From an uncultured Lentisphaerota bacterium (lineage in GTDB: Bacteria; Verrucomicrobiota; Lentisphaeria; Oligosphaerales; CAITYL01), in the NCBI GenBank assembly GCA_903896595.1, contig CAITYL010000021.1, positions 852 to 64,851 on the forward strand: DNA of 64,000 nt, given 5' to 3'. Under the pieces are notes generated by a model. That model was not told where the DNA came from. It saw nothing but the letters and a program-made list of their open reading frames with translations, and ran no database searches. A program made the position numbers and the translations under genes. Of this stretch, positions 8,413 through 15,707 are shown one piece after another; within the stretch, counting starts at the first letter, position 1, and each line of letters opens with the position of its first letter.

Positions 8413-9902
8413 CAGTGCGGGGCGATGCGGATTTCGACCCAGACGATCTGGTGCGGTTTCTCTTGCATCCCCATGACCTCGACCAGGTTGTACTGGCCGC
8501 AGAGCGCGTCCCACGGAATATCGAAGACGGCGGTCTGACGGGCAATGGAATGAATCGCTTTTGGCGCGGGCACGGCGCTGGGGGTGCAGGCGTCGTCATT
8601 CACCTTGACGGTGAGCGCCGCCGCATCCATGAGCCCCTCTTCGCCGAGGCCGAGGACGACCTGGGCGGTGCCGGCCGCCGGCTTGGCGCCGATGTGAAGG
8701 CGGAACCGCACGGGCTGGTTTTCCTTGGTGTTCGCCGGCAGGACATAGCCCGGCGGGTCGCCGTCCGGCAGGGTGTCGGGATAGGTCACAATATGCCGCC
8801 GGACTTGGCCGGCCAGGGTGTCGAGGGCACCGGCGTGGTGGAGGATTTTGGGGTAATCGGCCGGGTCGTCGACCGTGGTCTGGCTGTCCATGTAATTGAA
8901 CAGGTAGATCTGGTCGGCGCCGCGGTCGAACATGGCGGCGGCGGCGGCAAACACCATTTCGGCCGTGGTGGTTATGTTGTCCGCGTATTTGGGCCACACT
9001 TTGGGTGTGGGACGGAGGCAGATTTCCAGGCCGGCGGCCAGGGTCACGCCGGTGCCCGCCAGTAGCAGCTTCCAGTGCTCGATCGGCATGTCGAACTCAC
9101 AGGTGGCCCAGAACGGCGTGACAACCACCTGGTCGATCAGCCCCGCCTTGGCCCACGGCACGGGGTCGAGGCCGAGCGCCTCCGCGGTGCGGGGGCGCGA
9201 GGGCACGCGCACGCCGATCTTGATCGGATGGCCGCGGCGTTTGGCGTGGGCGTCCGCCAAGGTGCGAACTTCGCGGATGAATTCGGTGAGCAGGCGGTTG
9301 CCCGCCGCCTCATGGCCGGGCCGGAAATGATAGCCGAAACGCATCCAGTCGAGTTCCAAACCGTCGAAGTCATAGCGGTCAAAAAACTCCCGGATCAGCT
9401 TCATGTGGTAGTCGCGGACGGCCGGCTGGCCGTAGTCGAAGGCGATGTCCGCCCAACTGGACTGGATTTTTGGGCCCCGGCGCAGTTCCGGATGGGCGGC
9501 CCAGAAGGAACTGTGGATGTAATGGGCCGGTTCGCCCACGCTGTGCACATCGTTCATGCGCATGGAGATCCAAGGGGAAATGCCTTTTTCGCGGGCACGG
9601 GCGGTCCAGATGGCGTAGGGGTCGAGCCCCCGCTCGTCGAGCAACCGGGCGTTGGCGCACCAGCGTTTGCCGCCGTCGTCCTCGGGCGGGTTCTGCTTGC
9701 CGTGTTCCCAGATCGGCTCCCAAACCCGGCTGCGGTAACTGGTCCGCTGGCAGTTGGGATTGAAGAACAGATGCGTCACCTGGGTGCCGGCATACTGGTC
9801 GACCAGCGCCTGGAGCCCCTCCAACGTCATCTCCTTTTCCGTGCGGGAAAAGTAAAAGTGACTGTCATCCTCGTTGAGAATCAGGCCGGGTGAAGTGGTC
9901 AT
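8412..9902 (-). CDS. putative glycoside-hydrolase-like TIM-barrel protein, tandem paralog 1
   Basis: ORF 8412..9929, start probably MTTSPGLILNEDDSHF at 9902. DFDGLELDWMRFGYHF resembles GHL10-type (beta/alpha)8 hydrolase-like proteins. C-terminal beta-sandwich-like tail. Family unassigned. Confidence 0.7.
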   Translation of the reverse strand: MTTSPGLILNEDDSHFYFSRTEKEMTLEGLQALVDQYAGTQVTHLFFNPNCQRTSYRSRVWEPIWEHGKQNPPEDDGGKRWCANARLLDERGLDPYAIWTARAREKGISPWISMRMNDVHSVGEPAHYIHSSFWAAHPELRRGPKIQSSWADIAFDYGQPAVRDYHMKLIREFFDRYDFDGLELDWMRFGYHFRPGHEAAGNRLLTEFIREVRTLADAHAKRRGHPIKIGVRVPSRPRTAEALGLDPVPWAKAGLIDQVVVTPFWATCEFDMPIEHWKLLLAGTGVTLAAGLEICLRPTPKVWPKYADNITTTAEMVFAAAAAMFDRGADQIYLFNYMDSQTTVDDPADYPKILHHAGALDTLAGQVRRHIVTYPDTLPDGDPPGYVLPANTKENQPVRFRLHIGAKPAAGTAQVVLGLGEEGLMDAAALTVKVNDDACTPSAVPAPKAIHSIARQTAVFDIPWDALCGQYNLVEVMGMQEKPHQIVWVEIRIAPH

Positions 9903-10002
9903 AACGGGGCTCCTATAATGATGAATCAAGACAATAAGAATTCGTGACTGAATTATTCATGAACGGTTGTATTTTCCCGGCCTTGTCCCCAACGGGGACT
10001 GA

Positions 10003-10151
10003 TTCCAATCACACTTCAAATTGATTCCAAAATTAACCGTAATGATCGCAGAGATCGCAAAGATAAAACAATCTAAAAATGAGCAATTGATCTTTGTGTT
10101 CTTTGCGTTCTTTGTGGTAGAATAAAGAATCAATTTGAACTTTAATTGGAA
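10003..10151. repeat. AT-rich ~150-bp imperfect palindrome with CGCAAAG-type periodic words
   Basis: Outer arms ttccaatcacacttcaaattgattc / gaatcaatttgaactttaattggaa. Inner arms gatcgcagagatcgcaaagat / atctttgtgttctttgcgttctttgtgg. Confidence 0.7.
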
Positions 10152-10184
10152 TTATTCATTGATTCACCGTCTGTCAACACCTGT

Positions 10185-10259
10185 AAAACGCGTCTCCGAC
10201 GATAACGGGTTCGTCCGCCCGAGGCCGGGCGGCTCCCGGTGATGGGAAAATAGCGTTAC
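10185..10259. repeat. repeat family D (GGGAGCCGCCCGNCCTCGGGCGGAC core), copy 1
   Basis: aaaacgcgtctccgacgataacgggttcgtccgcccgaggccgggcggctcccggtgatgggaaaatagcgttac matches the reverse complement of 31255-31325. Core also at 12033-12057 and 31389-31416. Confidence 0.8.
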
Positions 10260-10282
10260 TGTTGAAAACACCTCACGTCTGA

Positions 10283-10325
10283 TTTCTTGCTACAGCCTAA
10301 CCGCCTACAGTCTATTCACCTGAAT
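10283..10325. repeat. 43-bp identical segment marking the tandem duplication (copy 2)
   Basis: Identical to 8370-8412. Confidence 0.9.
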
Positions 10326-11814
10326 GACGTGGGACGATGCGGATTTCGACCCAGACGATCTGGTGTGGTTGCTCGCGGCCGCCCATGACTTCAATCAGGT
10401 TGTACTGGCCGCTGAGCGCGCCCCACGGAATATCGAACACGGCGATCTGGCGGGCCATGGGGTGGATCGGTTTCGGAGCGGGCACGGCGCTGGGCGCACA
10501 CGCTTCGTCGTTCACCTTGACGGTGAGCGCCGCCGCATCCAGGAGTCCCTCGTCGCCGAGGCCGAGGACGATCTGGGCGGTGCCAGCCGCCGGCTTGGCG
10601 CCGATGTGGATGCGGAACCGGACCGGCTGATTCTCCTTGGTTTCGGCCGGTAGGACGAATCCCGGCGGGTCGCCGTCCGGCAGGGTGTCGGGATAGGTCA
10701 CGATGTGACGTCGGACTTGCCCGGCCAGGGTGTCGAGGGCGCCGGCGTGATGCAGGATTTTGGGGTAATCGGCCGGGTCGTCGACCGTGGTCTCGCTGTC
10801 CATGTAATTGAACAGGTAGATCTGGTCGGCGCCGCGGTCGAGCAGGGCGGCGGCGGCGCCCAACACCGTCTCGGCCGAATTGGACATATTGTTCGGGTAT
10901 TTGGGCCACACTTTGGGCGTGGGGCGGAGGTTGATTTCCAGGCCGGCGGCCAGGGTCACGCCGGTGCCCGCCAGCAACTGTTTCCAGTGCTCGACCGGCA
11001 TCTCGAACTCACTGGTGGCCCAGAACGGCGTGACCACCACCAGGTCGATCAGCCCCGCCTTGGCCCACGGCACGGGATTGAGTCCGAGCGCCTCCGCGGT
11101 GCGCGGACGCGAGGGCACCCGCACGCCGATCTTGATCGGATGGCCGCGGCGTTTGGCGTGGGCGTCCGCCAAGTTGCGGACTTCGCGGAGGAACTCGGTG
11201 AGCAGGCGGTTGCCCGCCGCCTCGTGGCCGGGGCGGAAATGATAGCCGAAACGCATCCAGTCGAGCTCCAAGCCGTCGAAATCGTAACGGTCGAAGTACT
11301 CCCGAATCAGTTTCATGTGGTAGTCGCGGACGGCCGCCTGGCCGTAGTCGAAGGCGATGTCCGCCCAGTTGAAGTTGATCTTGTGGCCCCGCCGCAACTC
11401 CGGATGGGCGGCCCAAAAAGAACCGTGAATGTAGCTGGTTGGATCGCCCACATCGTGCACATCGTTCATCCGCATCGAAATCCAGGGGGAGATGCCCTTT
11501 TCGTAAGCGCGGGCGGTCCAAATGGCGTAGGGGTCGAGCCCCTGTTCGTCGAGCCGCCGGGCGTTGGCGCACCAGCGTTTGCCGCCGTCGTCCCCGGGCG
11601 GGTTTTGTTTGCCGTGTTCCCAGATAGGATCCCAGACCTGGCTGCGGTAACTGGTGCGCTGGCTGTTGGGATTGAAGAACAGCTGCGTCACCTGGGTGCC
11701 GACGTACTGGTCGACCAACGCCAGCAGCTGTTCCCGCGTCATCTCCCGGGCGCTGCGGGAGGTGAAAAAATGGCTGCTGTCCTCATTGAGAATTAAACCG
11801 GCTGGTGTGGCCAT
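10312..11814 (-). CDS. putative glycoside-hydrolase-like TIM-barrel protein, tandem paralog 2
   Basis: Roughly 85 percent identical by eye to 8412..9902 over the full length. Start set at MATPAGLILNEDSSHF (ATG 11814). The 100-codon 5' extension in the ORF track runs through intergenic repeats. Confidence 0.7.
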   Translation of the reverse strand: MATPAGLILNEDSSHFFTSRSAREMTREQLLALVDQYVGTQVTQLFFNPNSQRTSYRSQVWDPIWEHGKQNPPGDDGGKRWCANARRLDEQGLDPYAIWTARAYEKGISPWISMRMNDVHDVGDPTSYIHGSFWAAHPELRRGHKINFNWADIAFDYGQAAVRDYHMKLIREYFDRYDFDGLELDWMRFGYHFRPGHEAAGNRLLTEFLREVRNLADAHAKRRGHPIKIGVRVPSRPRTAEALGLNPVPWAKAGLIDLVVVTPFWATSEFEMPVEHWKQLLAGTGVTLAAGLEINLRPTPKVWPKYPNNMSNSAETVLGAAAALLDRGADQIYLFNYMDSETTVDDPADYPKILHHAGALDTLAGQVRRHIVTYPDTLPDGDPPGFVLPAETKENQPVRFRIHIGAKPAAGTAQIVLGLGDEGLLDAAALTVKVNDEACAPSAVPAPKPIHPMARQIAVFDIPWGALSGQYNLIEVMGGREQPHQIVWVEIRIVPRHSGE

Positions 11815-11881
11815 AAACAGGTTTTCCTGCTGGAATTCTTGGTATACCATAGCCAATGTAGCAGGGACGCCACGCCTGTCA

Positions 11882-11959
11882 ACTTGCGGATTTCGCGGGC
11901 CGTTCCAGTGCAACAAACCACGAGTGGGACAGCGGGGGCGGCCTGCGGAATCCGCAAAA
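11882..11959. repeat. repeat family E (long hairpin TGCGGATTCCGCAGGCCG ... CGGCCTGCGGAATCCGCA), copy 1
   Basis: ttgcggatttcgcgggccg...cggcctgcggaatccgcaaaagg matches the reverse complement of 47786-47861. Confidence 0.8.
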
Positions 11960-11973
11960 GGTGCAACGCCGAT

Positions 11974-12018
11974 ATGAAAAGCGGCAAAGGAATTGCCGCA
12001 CTCCAAGAACGGTGCCAC
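11974..12018. repeat. repeat family F (GCGGCAA-ttcct-TTGCCGC hairpin plus T-run), copy 1 (inverted)
   Basis: atgaaaagcggcaaaggaattgccgcactccaagaacggtgccac. Confidence 0.8.
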
Positions 12019-12032
12019 TTTGATCGGGACTT

Positions 12033-12057
12033 GGGAGCCGCCCGGCCTCGGGCGGAC
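12033..12057. repeat. repeat family D core, copy 4
   Basis: gggagccgcccggcctcgggcggac. Confidence 0.7.
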
Positions 12058-12178
12058 AGCGGCGGTGTCACACCCGTTCCGTCTGCGGTATGGCGTGCCG
12101 TGGCCTTTCCCCATTCTTATCCGCGCTAATCCGCGTGATCAGCGGTCAACGGCCGATAAAAAAGGCCGGCGAAAACAA

Positions 12179-12281
12179 AGGACCATTGGGACCATTAAGA
12201 CTCTTGAGACCCTTATGACGCCGGCGGAAACCACCGCCAGTCCCAAGGGTCCTAATGGTCCCAAGAGTCCCAATGGTCCTA
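12179..12281. repeat. 9-nt periodic word palindrome, GGACC/GGTCC type, copy 1
   Basis: ggaccattg ggaccatta agactcttg agaccctta - tgacgccggcggaaaccaccgccagt - cccaagggt cctaatggt cccaagagt cccaatggt cc. Reverse complement is about 90 percent identical by eye to 28526-28630. Confidence 0.85.
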
Positions 12282-12517
12282 TAAAACCACGTTCCCGCCG
12301 GCGGTCGATGCCAATTCACCGTTGGCGAGTTTGTGCTAAAGATTGGCGGGATCGTCCATGGCGGGCGCGCCGCGGCCGGCTATTTTACCTTCATCACCCG
12401 GCCTTCTGGTGCGTGGCGATGTCGCCGTGGTGTAATGCTGTAATTGGCAAAGTTGGCAACTGGGTGGTATGTTAAGGCTTGGTGTAATGCTGTAATTAAA
12501 AAAGGTGACTGCCGCTC

Positions 12518-13651
12518 ATGCCGACATTGGTCTACGGAAACCGGGTCCCGCTCTACCGCCAGGTCGCTCAGGCGCTCCGCCAGCGCGTGCGCACCGGCGT
12601 CTATGCGGCGGGCCGGCCCCTGCCCACCATGCGGGCGCTGGCCCTGGAGTACGGGGTCAGTGTGTATGCGATCCAGAAGGCCATCTACGAACTGGAGAAA
12701 GAGCGGGTGGTCGTCACCCACCATGGCAAGGGCATCATGGTAATGGAGGAAAAGCCGTGCGACCAGGCGGCCATCCTGTTCGGCATGATCGAGCCGTATG
12801 AACACTTCATGGGCTTTGAAGGCCAGATCATCCGGATGGCCGAAGAGGTGTTCAACCAGCGCAACGACTTCATGGTCACCCGGTCGTCCGCGGGACGCGC
12901 GGAACGGGAGCGGGCGATTGCCGAACATTATGTGAAAAACGGCGTCAAGGGCCTGATCGTTTGGCCGGTGGAGAACGATCCCAATGGCCCCTTTTTCACC
13001 GAGCTTGCCAAAACGGTGCCGGTGGTGGTCATCGACCGCGACGTGAAAAACTGCGCCGTGCCCAAGATTTTTTACGATTTGGTCCGGGCCGGGCGCAACT
13101 TTTGCCAATACCTGCTCGGGCCGATGAAGCGCCGTCGCTTGTTGGTGCTGATGGACACCCTGGACATCTCGCCGTACCACGACTTTACGGCGGGGTTGCA
13201 GCAGGCGGCGGCGCAGCTCGGCCGGAAGGCGGATGTGATCATCAAGCCGGTGCCCGCTTCCGAACTCAGCGGCCATTTCAGCGTGGGCGATTTCTCCCGG
13301 GTGCCCAAGCTGGCGGCGCAGATTGAAAAATGGCTGCGGGCCGAGGGCTGTGACGCGGTCTTTTGCTACCAGGACGAATTCATCGACTATGTCCTGACGG
13401 AAACCGGCCTCTATGACCGGTTCCCCGGCCTGCAGATGGCGACCATGGTGACCCGGGACATTTACAGCCGGTCGCAAAAATTCAACCAAAGCCATGTCCT
13501 GACCGGCGTGCTGGACCAGTCCAAGCTGATCCAGACCGCCGCCAACCTCTTGCAGGACGCCGTCTACGGGCGGATTCCGCCGAAGGACATGCCGCCCATT
13601 CAAGTGGAACTGGTCAAGGACGGCGCCAAGATCAAGGTTGTCCCGCCATAA
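12518..13651 (+). CDS. GntR-type HTH regulator fused to a periplasmic-binding-protein (LacI-like sugar-binding) domain
   Basis: 377 aa. N-terminus PLYRQVAQALRQRVRTGVYAAGRPLPTMRALALEYGVSVYAIQKAIYELEKERVV is a GntR winged helix. The rest (GLIVWPVENDP ... VVVIDRD ...) looks like a PBP type-1 sugar sensor. Confidence 0.8.
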   Translation: MPTLVYGNRVPLYRQVAQALRQRVRTGVYAAGRPLPTMRALALEYGVSVYAIQKAIYELEKERVVVTHHGKGIMVMEEKPCDQAAILFGMIEPYEHFMGFEGQIIRMAEEVFNQRNDFMVTRSSAGRAERERAIAEHYVKNGVKGLIVWPVENDPNGPFFTELAKTVPVVVIDRDVKNCAVPKIFYDLVRAGRNFCQYLLGPMKRRRLLVLMDTLDISPYHDFTAGLQQAAAQLGRKADVIIKPVPASELSGHFSVGDFSRVPKLAAQIEKWLRAEGCDAVFCYQDEFIDYVLTETGLYDRFPGLQMATMVTRDIYSRSQKFNQSHVLTGVLDQSKLIQTAANLLQDAVYGRIPPKDMPPIQVELVKDGAKIKVVPP

Positions 13652-13714
13652 ATCAAATAGGAGATCAGGCCGTTTCTGTTTTGAACGTATTTTCATCCGC
13701 ATTCCGGCGGAGCC

Positions 13715-13776
13715 GCTGTAGCCAAGGGCTTGTAGCCCGGCGGAATCCCGCCGCCGCGCTACCAGCGCTCAGCTAC
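13715..13776. repeat. repeat family G, copy 1
   Basis: gctgtagccaagggcttgtagcccggcggaatcccgccgccgcgctaccagcgctcagctac is similar, in the same orientation, to 35317-35377. Confidence 0.7.
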
Positions 13777-13919
13777 AAAAAGAGATTCCCATAAGGCGCA
13801 AACTTCAACGACGACGAGAAGGAGAACCGACCATGACGAGCCGTGAAGTCGTCCGTGTCCCGCAACGCCAAGAAGAGTTGACCCTGTCCCCCAACCGCCA
13901 ATCCCAAGGAGAACCGACC

Positions 13920-14720
13920 ATGAAGACAACGACAACCCAACAACCGAAGACCGTCCTGGGCGTGCTGCTGCTGGCCGCCCTGGCCATGACGGGCGCCAAT
14001 GCTGGCATCCTGCACAGCGATCCGGTGACCGGCCTGCTTCCCGGCGGTGATTTTTCCCTGCCCAACTTCCCGGCGCCCGGCTGTGACAGCTATGTTTTCC
14101 AGGACTTTCCAGGCCAAGGGCAATGGAGTCATAATGAAACCAGCCCAGCTTCTGACTTTACGCGGGTTGTAACCGAAAGCGGTGGCAATCGGCATGCGGA
14201 AATGGAGGTGCAATGGCATGACTCGGGGCGTCAAGCCAATGTGTGGTACACGGACGCGGGCAATACCGGGACCACGGCGGCCTGGACGATTTCCGCGGAC
14301 ATGATGTACACGGGCCAAGAACCGGTGGCTAAGTTCTTCATGCTTAAATCGGGTGGGGCAGCAAGCGCCAATGTGTTTAGTATGGATTTTACCACCACGG
14401 CGATTGCATGGACGGCTGGCAGCCAAAATGGCACCTTCAATTCCGTCACTGGGCTGGACAGCGTTTGGCGCACGGTTTCCTTCTTCTATAATCCGGTCAA
14501 TGGTCTGGCCTATGGCAGGCTCGGTGCGGAAACCGTGTTTTCCACCACCATCGCCACTGGGTTGACCGTACAAACTGTCGCTTTTACCACCATGGAGACA
14601 GCCACTACCCCCTATGCAAATAATATTTTGTCCATTGACAATGTCTCCGCCGTGCCGGAGCCGGCGGCCCTGGGGCTGCTGGCGCTGGGCGCGCTGGGCT
14701 TCCTCCGCCGCCGGCGGTAA
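13920..14720 (+). CDS. PEP-CTERM sorting-domain secreted protein (beta-sandwich-like)
   Basis: Signal peptide [29 protein letters not shown]-terminus [22 protein letters not shown] is a canonical PEP-CTERM anchor (PEP, TM helix, Arg cluster). Confidence 0.85.
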   Translation: MKTTTTQQPKTVLGVLLLAALAMTGANAGILHSDPVTGLLPGGDFSLPNFPAPGCDSYVFQDFPGQGQWSHNETSPASDFTRVVTESGGNRHAEMEVQWHDSGRQANVWYTDAGNTGTTAAWTISADMMYTGQEPVAKFFMLKSGGAASANVFSMDFTTTAIAWTAGSQNGTFNSVTGLDSVWRTVSFFYNPVNGLAYGRLGAETVFSTTIATGLTVQTVAFTTMETATTPYANNILSIDNVSAVPEPAALGLLALGALGFLRRRR

Positions 14721-14750
14721 GTTGGCGGGAGCGGCTTTTTTTGGGGGGGG

Positions 14751-14796
14751 GTGTCCGACGGGTCTGACGCGTCTGACCTGTCCGACCCGTCTGACA
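14751..14796. repeat. 9-nt periodic word array, GTCYGAC type (single arm)
   Basis: gtgtccgac gggtctgac gcgtctgac ctgtccgac ccgtctgac. Lies between the PEP-CTERM stop (14720) and the pseudopilin start (14845). Confidence 0.85.
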
Positions 14797-14844
14797 CGAT
14801 TGCCCCCCGTGCAACCCGTTTGCGGAACACGAAACATCCCCGCC

Positions 14845-15558
14845 ATGAAACGCTTCACCTTCATTGAGCTGTTGGCATGCCCAGCCGTAGTCCCGAGCCA
14901 TGGCGAAGGGCGAAGGCAAGTTCGAGCAGCGTTTACGCTGATCGAACTGCTGGTGGTGATCGCCATCATTGCCATCCTGGCCGCCATGCTGCTGCCGTCG
15001 CTGAATTCGGCCCGCGGCGCCGCGCGGCGGACGGCCTGCTGCGGCAATCTGCGGCAGGTGGGGGTGGCCATGGCCCTTTATGTCCCGGATTACAACGGGG
15101 CCTACCCGCCATGGTATGTGAATTACAACAATCCGCCGGACTGGGGCAGCATCTTGGCGGGGAAGACCGGCGGCGCCGCCTATCTGCCGGTGCCGGAAAC
15201 GGTTGGAAAGGCCAATTCGGTATTGGATTGTCCGGCGAACCCGCTCGGGTGGCAGGGCACCACCACCTACGGCGCCAATATGAACCGGTTCAATTTCTAT
15301 TGGTCGGATGTCCTCTGTGTGCCCAATGAAAAATTGACGGACCGCACGCTCAGCGGGCCGTCCAATCTGATCATGGTTTATTGTTGTGGCGGCCCTTACA
15401 CCTTTGGCGGCGCGCCCAACAGCGCCTGGGGCGACTGGGATGGTGGGCCCCGCTACCGTTGCCTGCACAACGGAACCTATCCGGTGGTCTGGTTTGACGG
15501 CCATGTCAGTGTCGGCGACCAGCACCTGATGTCCATGGAAAAGGTGGACAACTGGTGA
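14845..15558 (+). CDS. prepilin-type N-terminal cleavage/methylation domain protein with C-terminal H-X9-DG motif; duplicated leader
   Basis: [11 protein letters not shown]...[26 protein letters not shown] gives two class-III signal motifs. C-terminus [13 protein letters not shown] is H-X9-DG. Confidence 0.85.
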   Translation: MKRFTFIELLACPAVVPSHGEGRRQVRAAFTLIELLVVIAIIAILAAMLLPSLNSARGAARRTACCGNLRQVGVAMALYVPDYNGAYPPWYVNYNNPPDWGSILAGKTGGAAYLPVPETVGKANSVLDCPANPLGWQGTTTYGANMNRFNFYWSDVLCVPNEKLTDRTLSGPSNLIMVYCCGGPYTFGGAPNSAWGDWDGGPRYRCLHNGTYPVVWFDGHVSVGDQHLMSMEKVDNW

Positions 15559-15588
15559 CGTTGCCTGACCCGCATCGTTGAACGGATT

Positions 15589-15658
15589 CAGCAGCCCCCA
15601 CTGAAGTGGGAACTCCCAAGCCGGAACGTTTGAGTTTGGAGTTCCGCCTTCAGGCGGC
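15589..15658. repeat. hairpin-module element H (CCCAC-tgaa-GTGGG and CCGCC-ttca-GGCGG with GGAGTT/AACTCC), copy 1
   Basis: cagcagcccccactgaagtgggaactccc...ggagttccgccttcaggcggc. Ends 50 nt before the GH5 start codon. Confidence 0.8.
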
Positions 15659-15707
15659 GTCTTCGTCGTCCCGTCTTCCAAATCATCAATCCAGGAAAAA
15701 AACAGCC

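Noticed and set aside
11815-12114. 100-codon N-terminal extension of the paralog-2 ORF
   Set aside because: The extension is a translation of intergenic repeats (families D, E and F). Paralog 1 has no equivalent, and similarity between the paralogs starts at MATPAG / MTTSPG.
12380-13702. 440-aa ORF on the minus strand
   Set aside because: It is antisense to the GntR-PBP regulator, whose HTH and sugar-binding motifs are clear. The shadow ORF has no recognisable domain.
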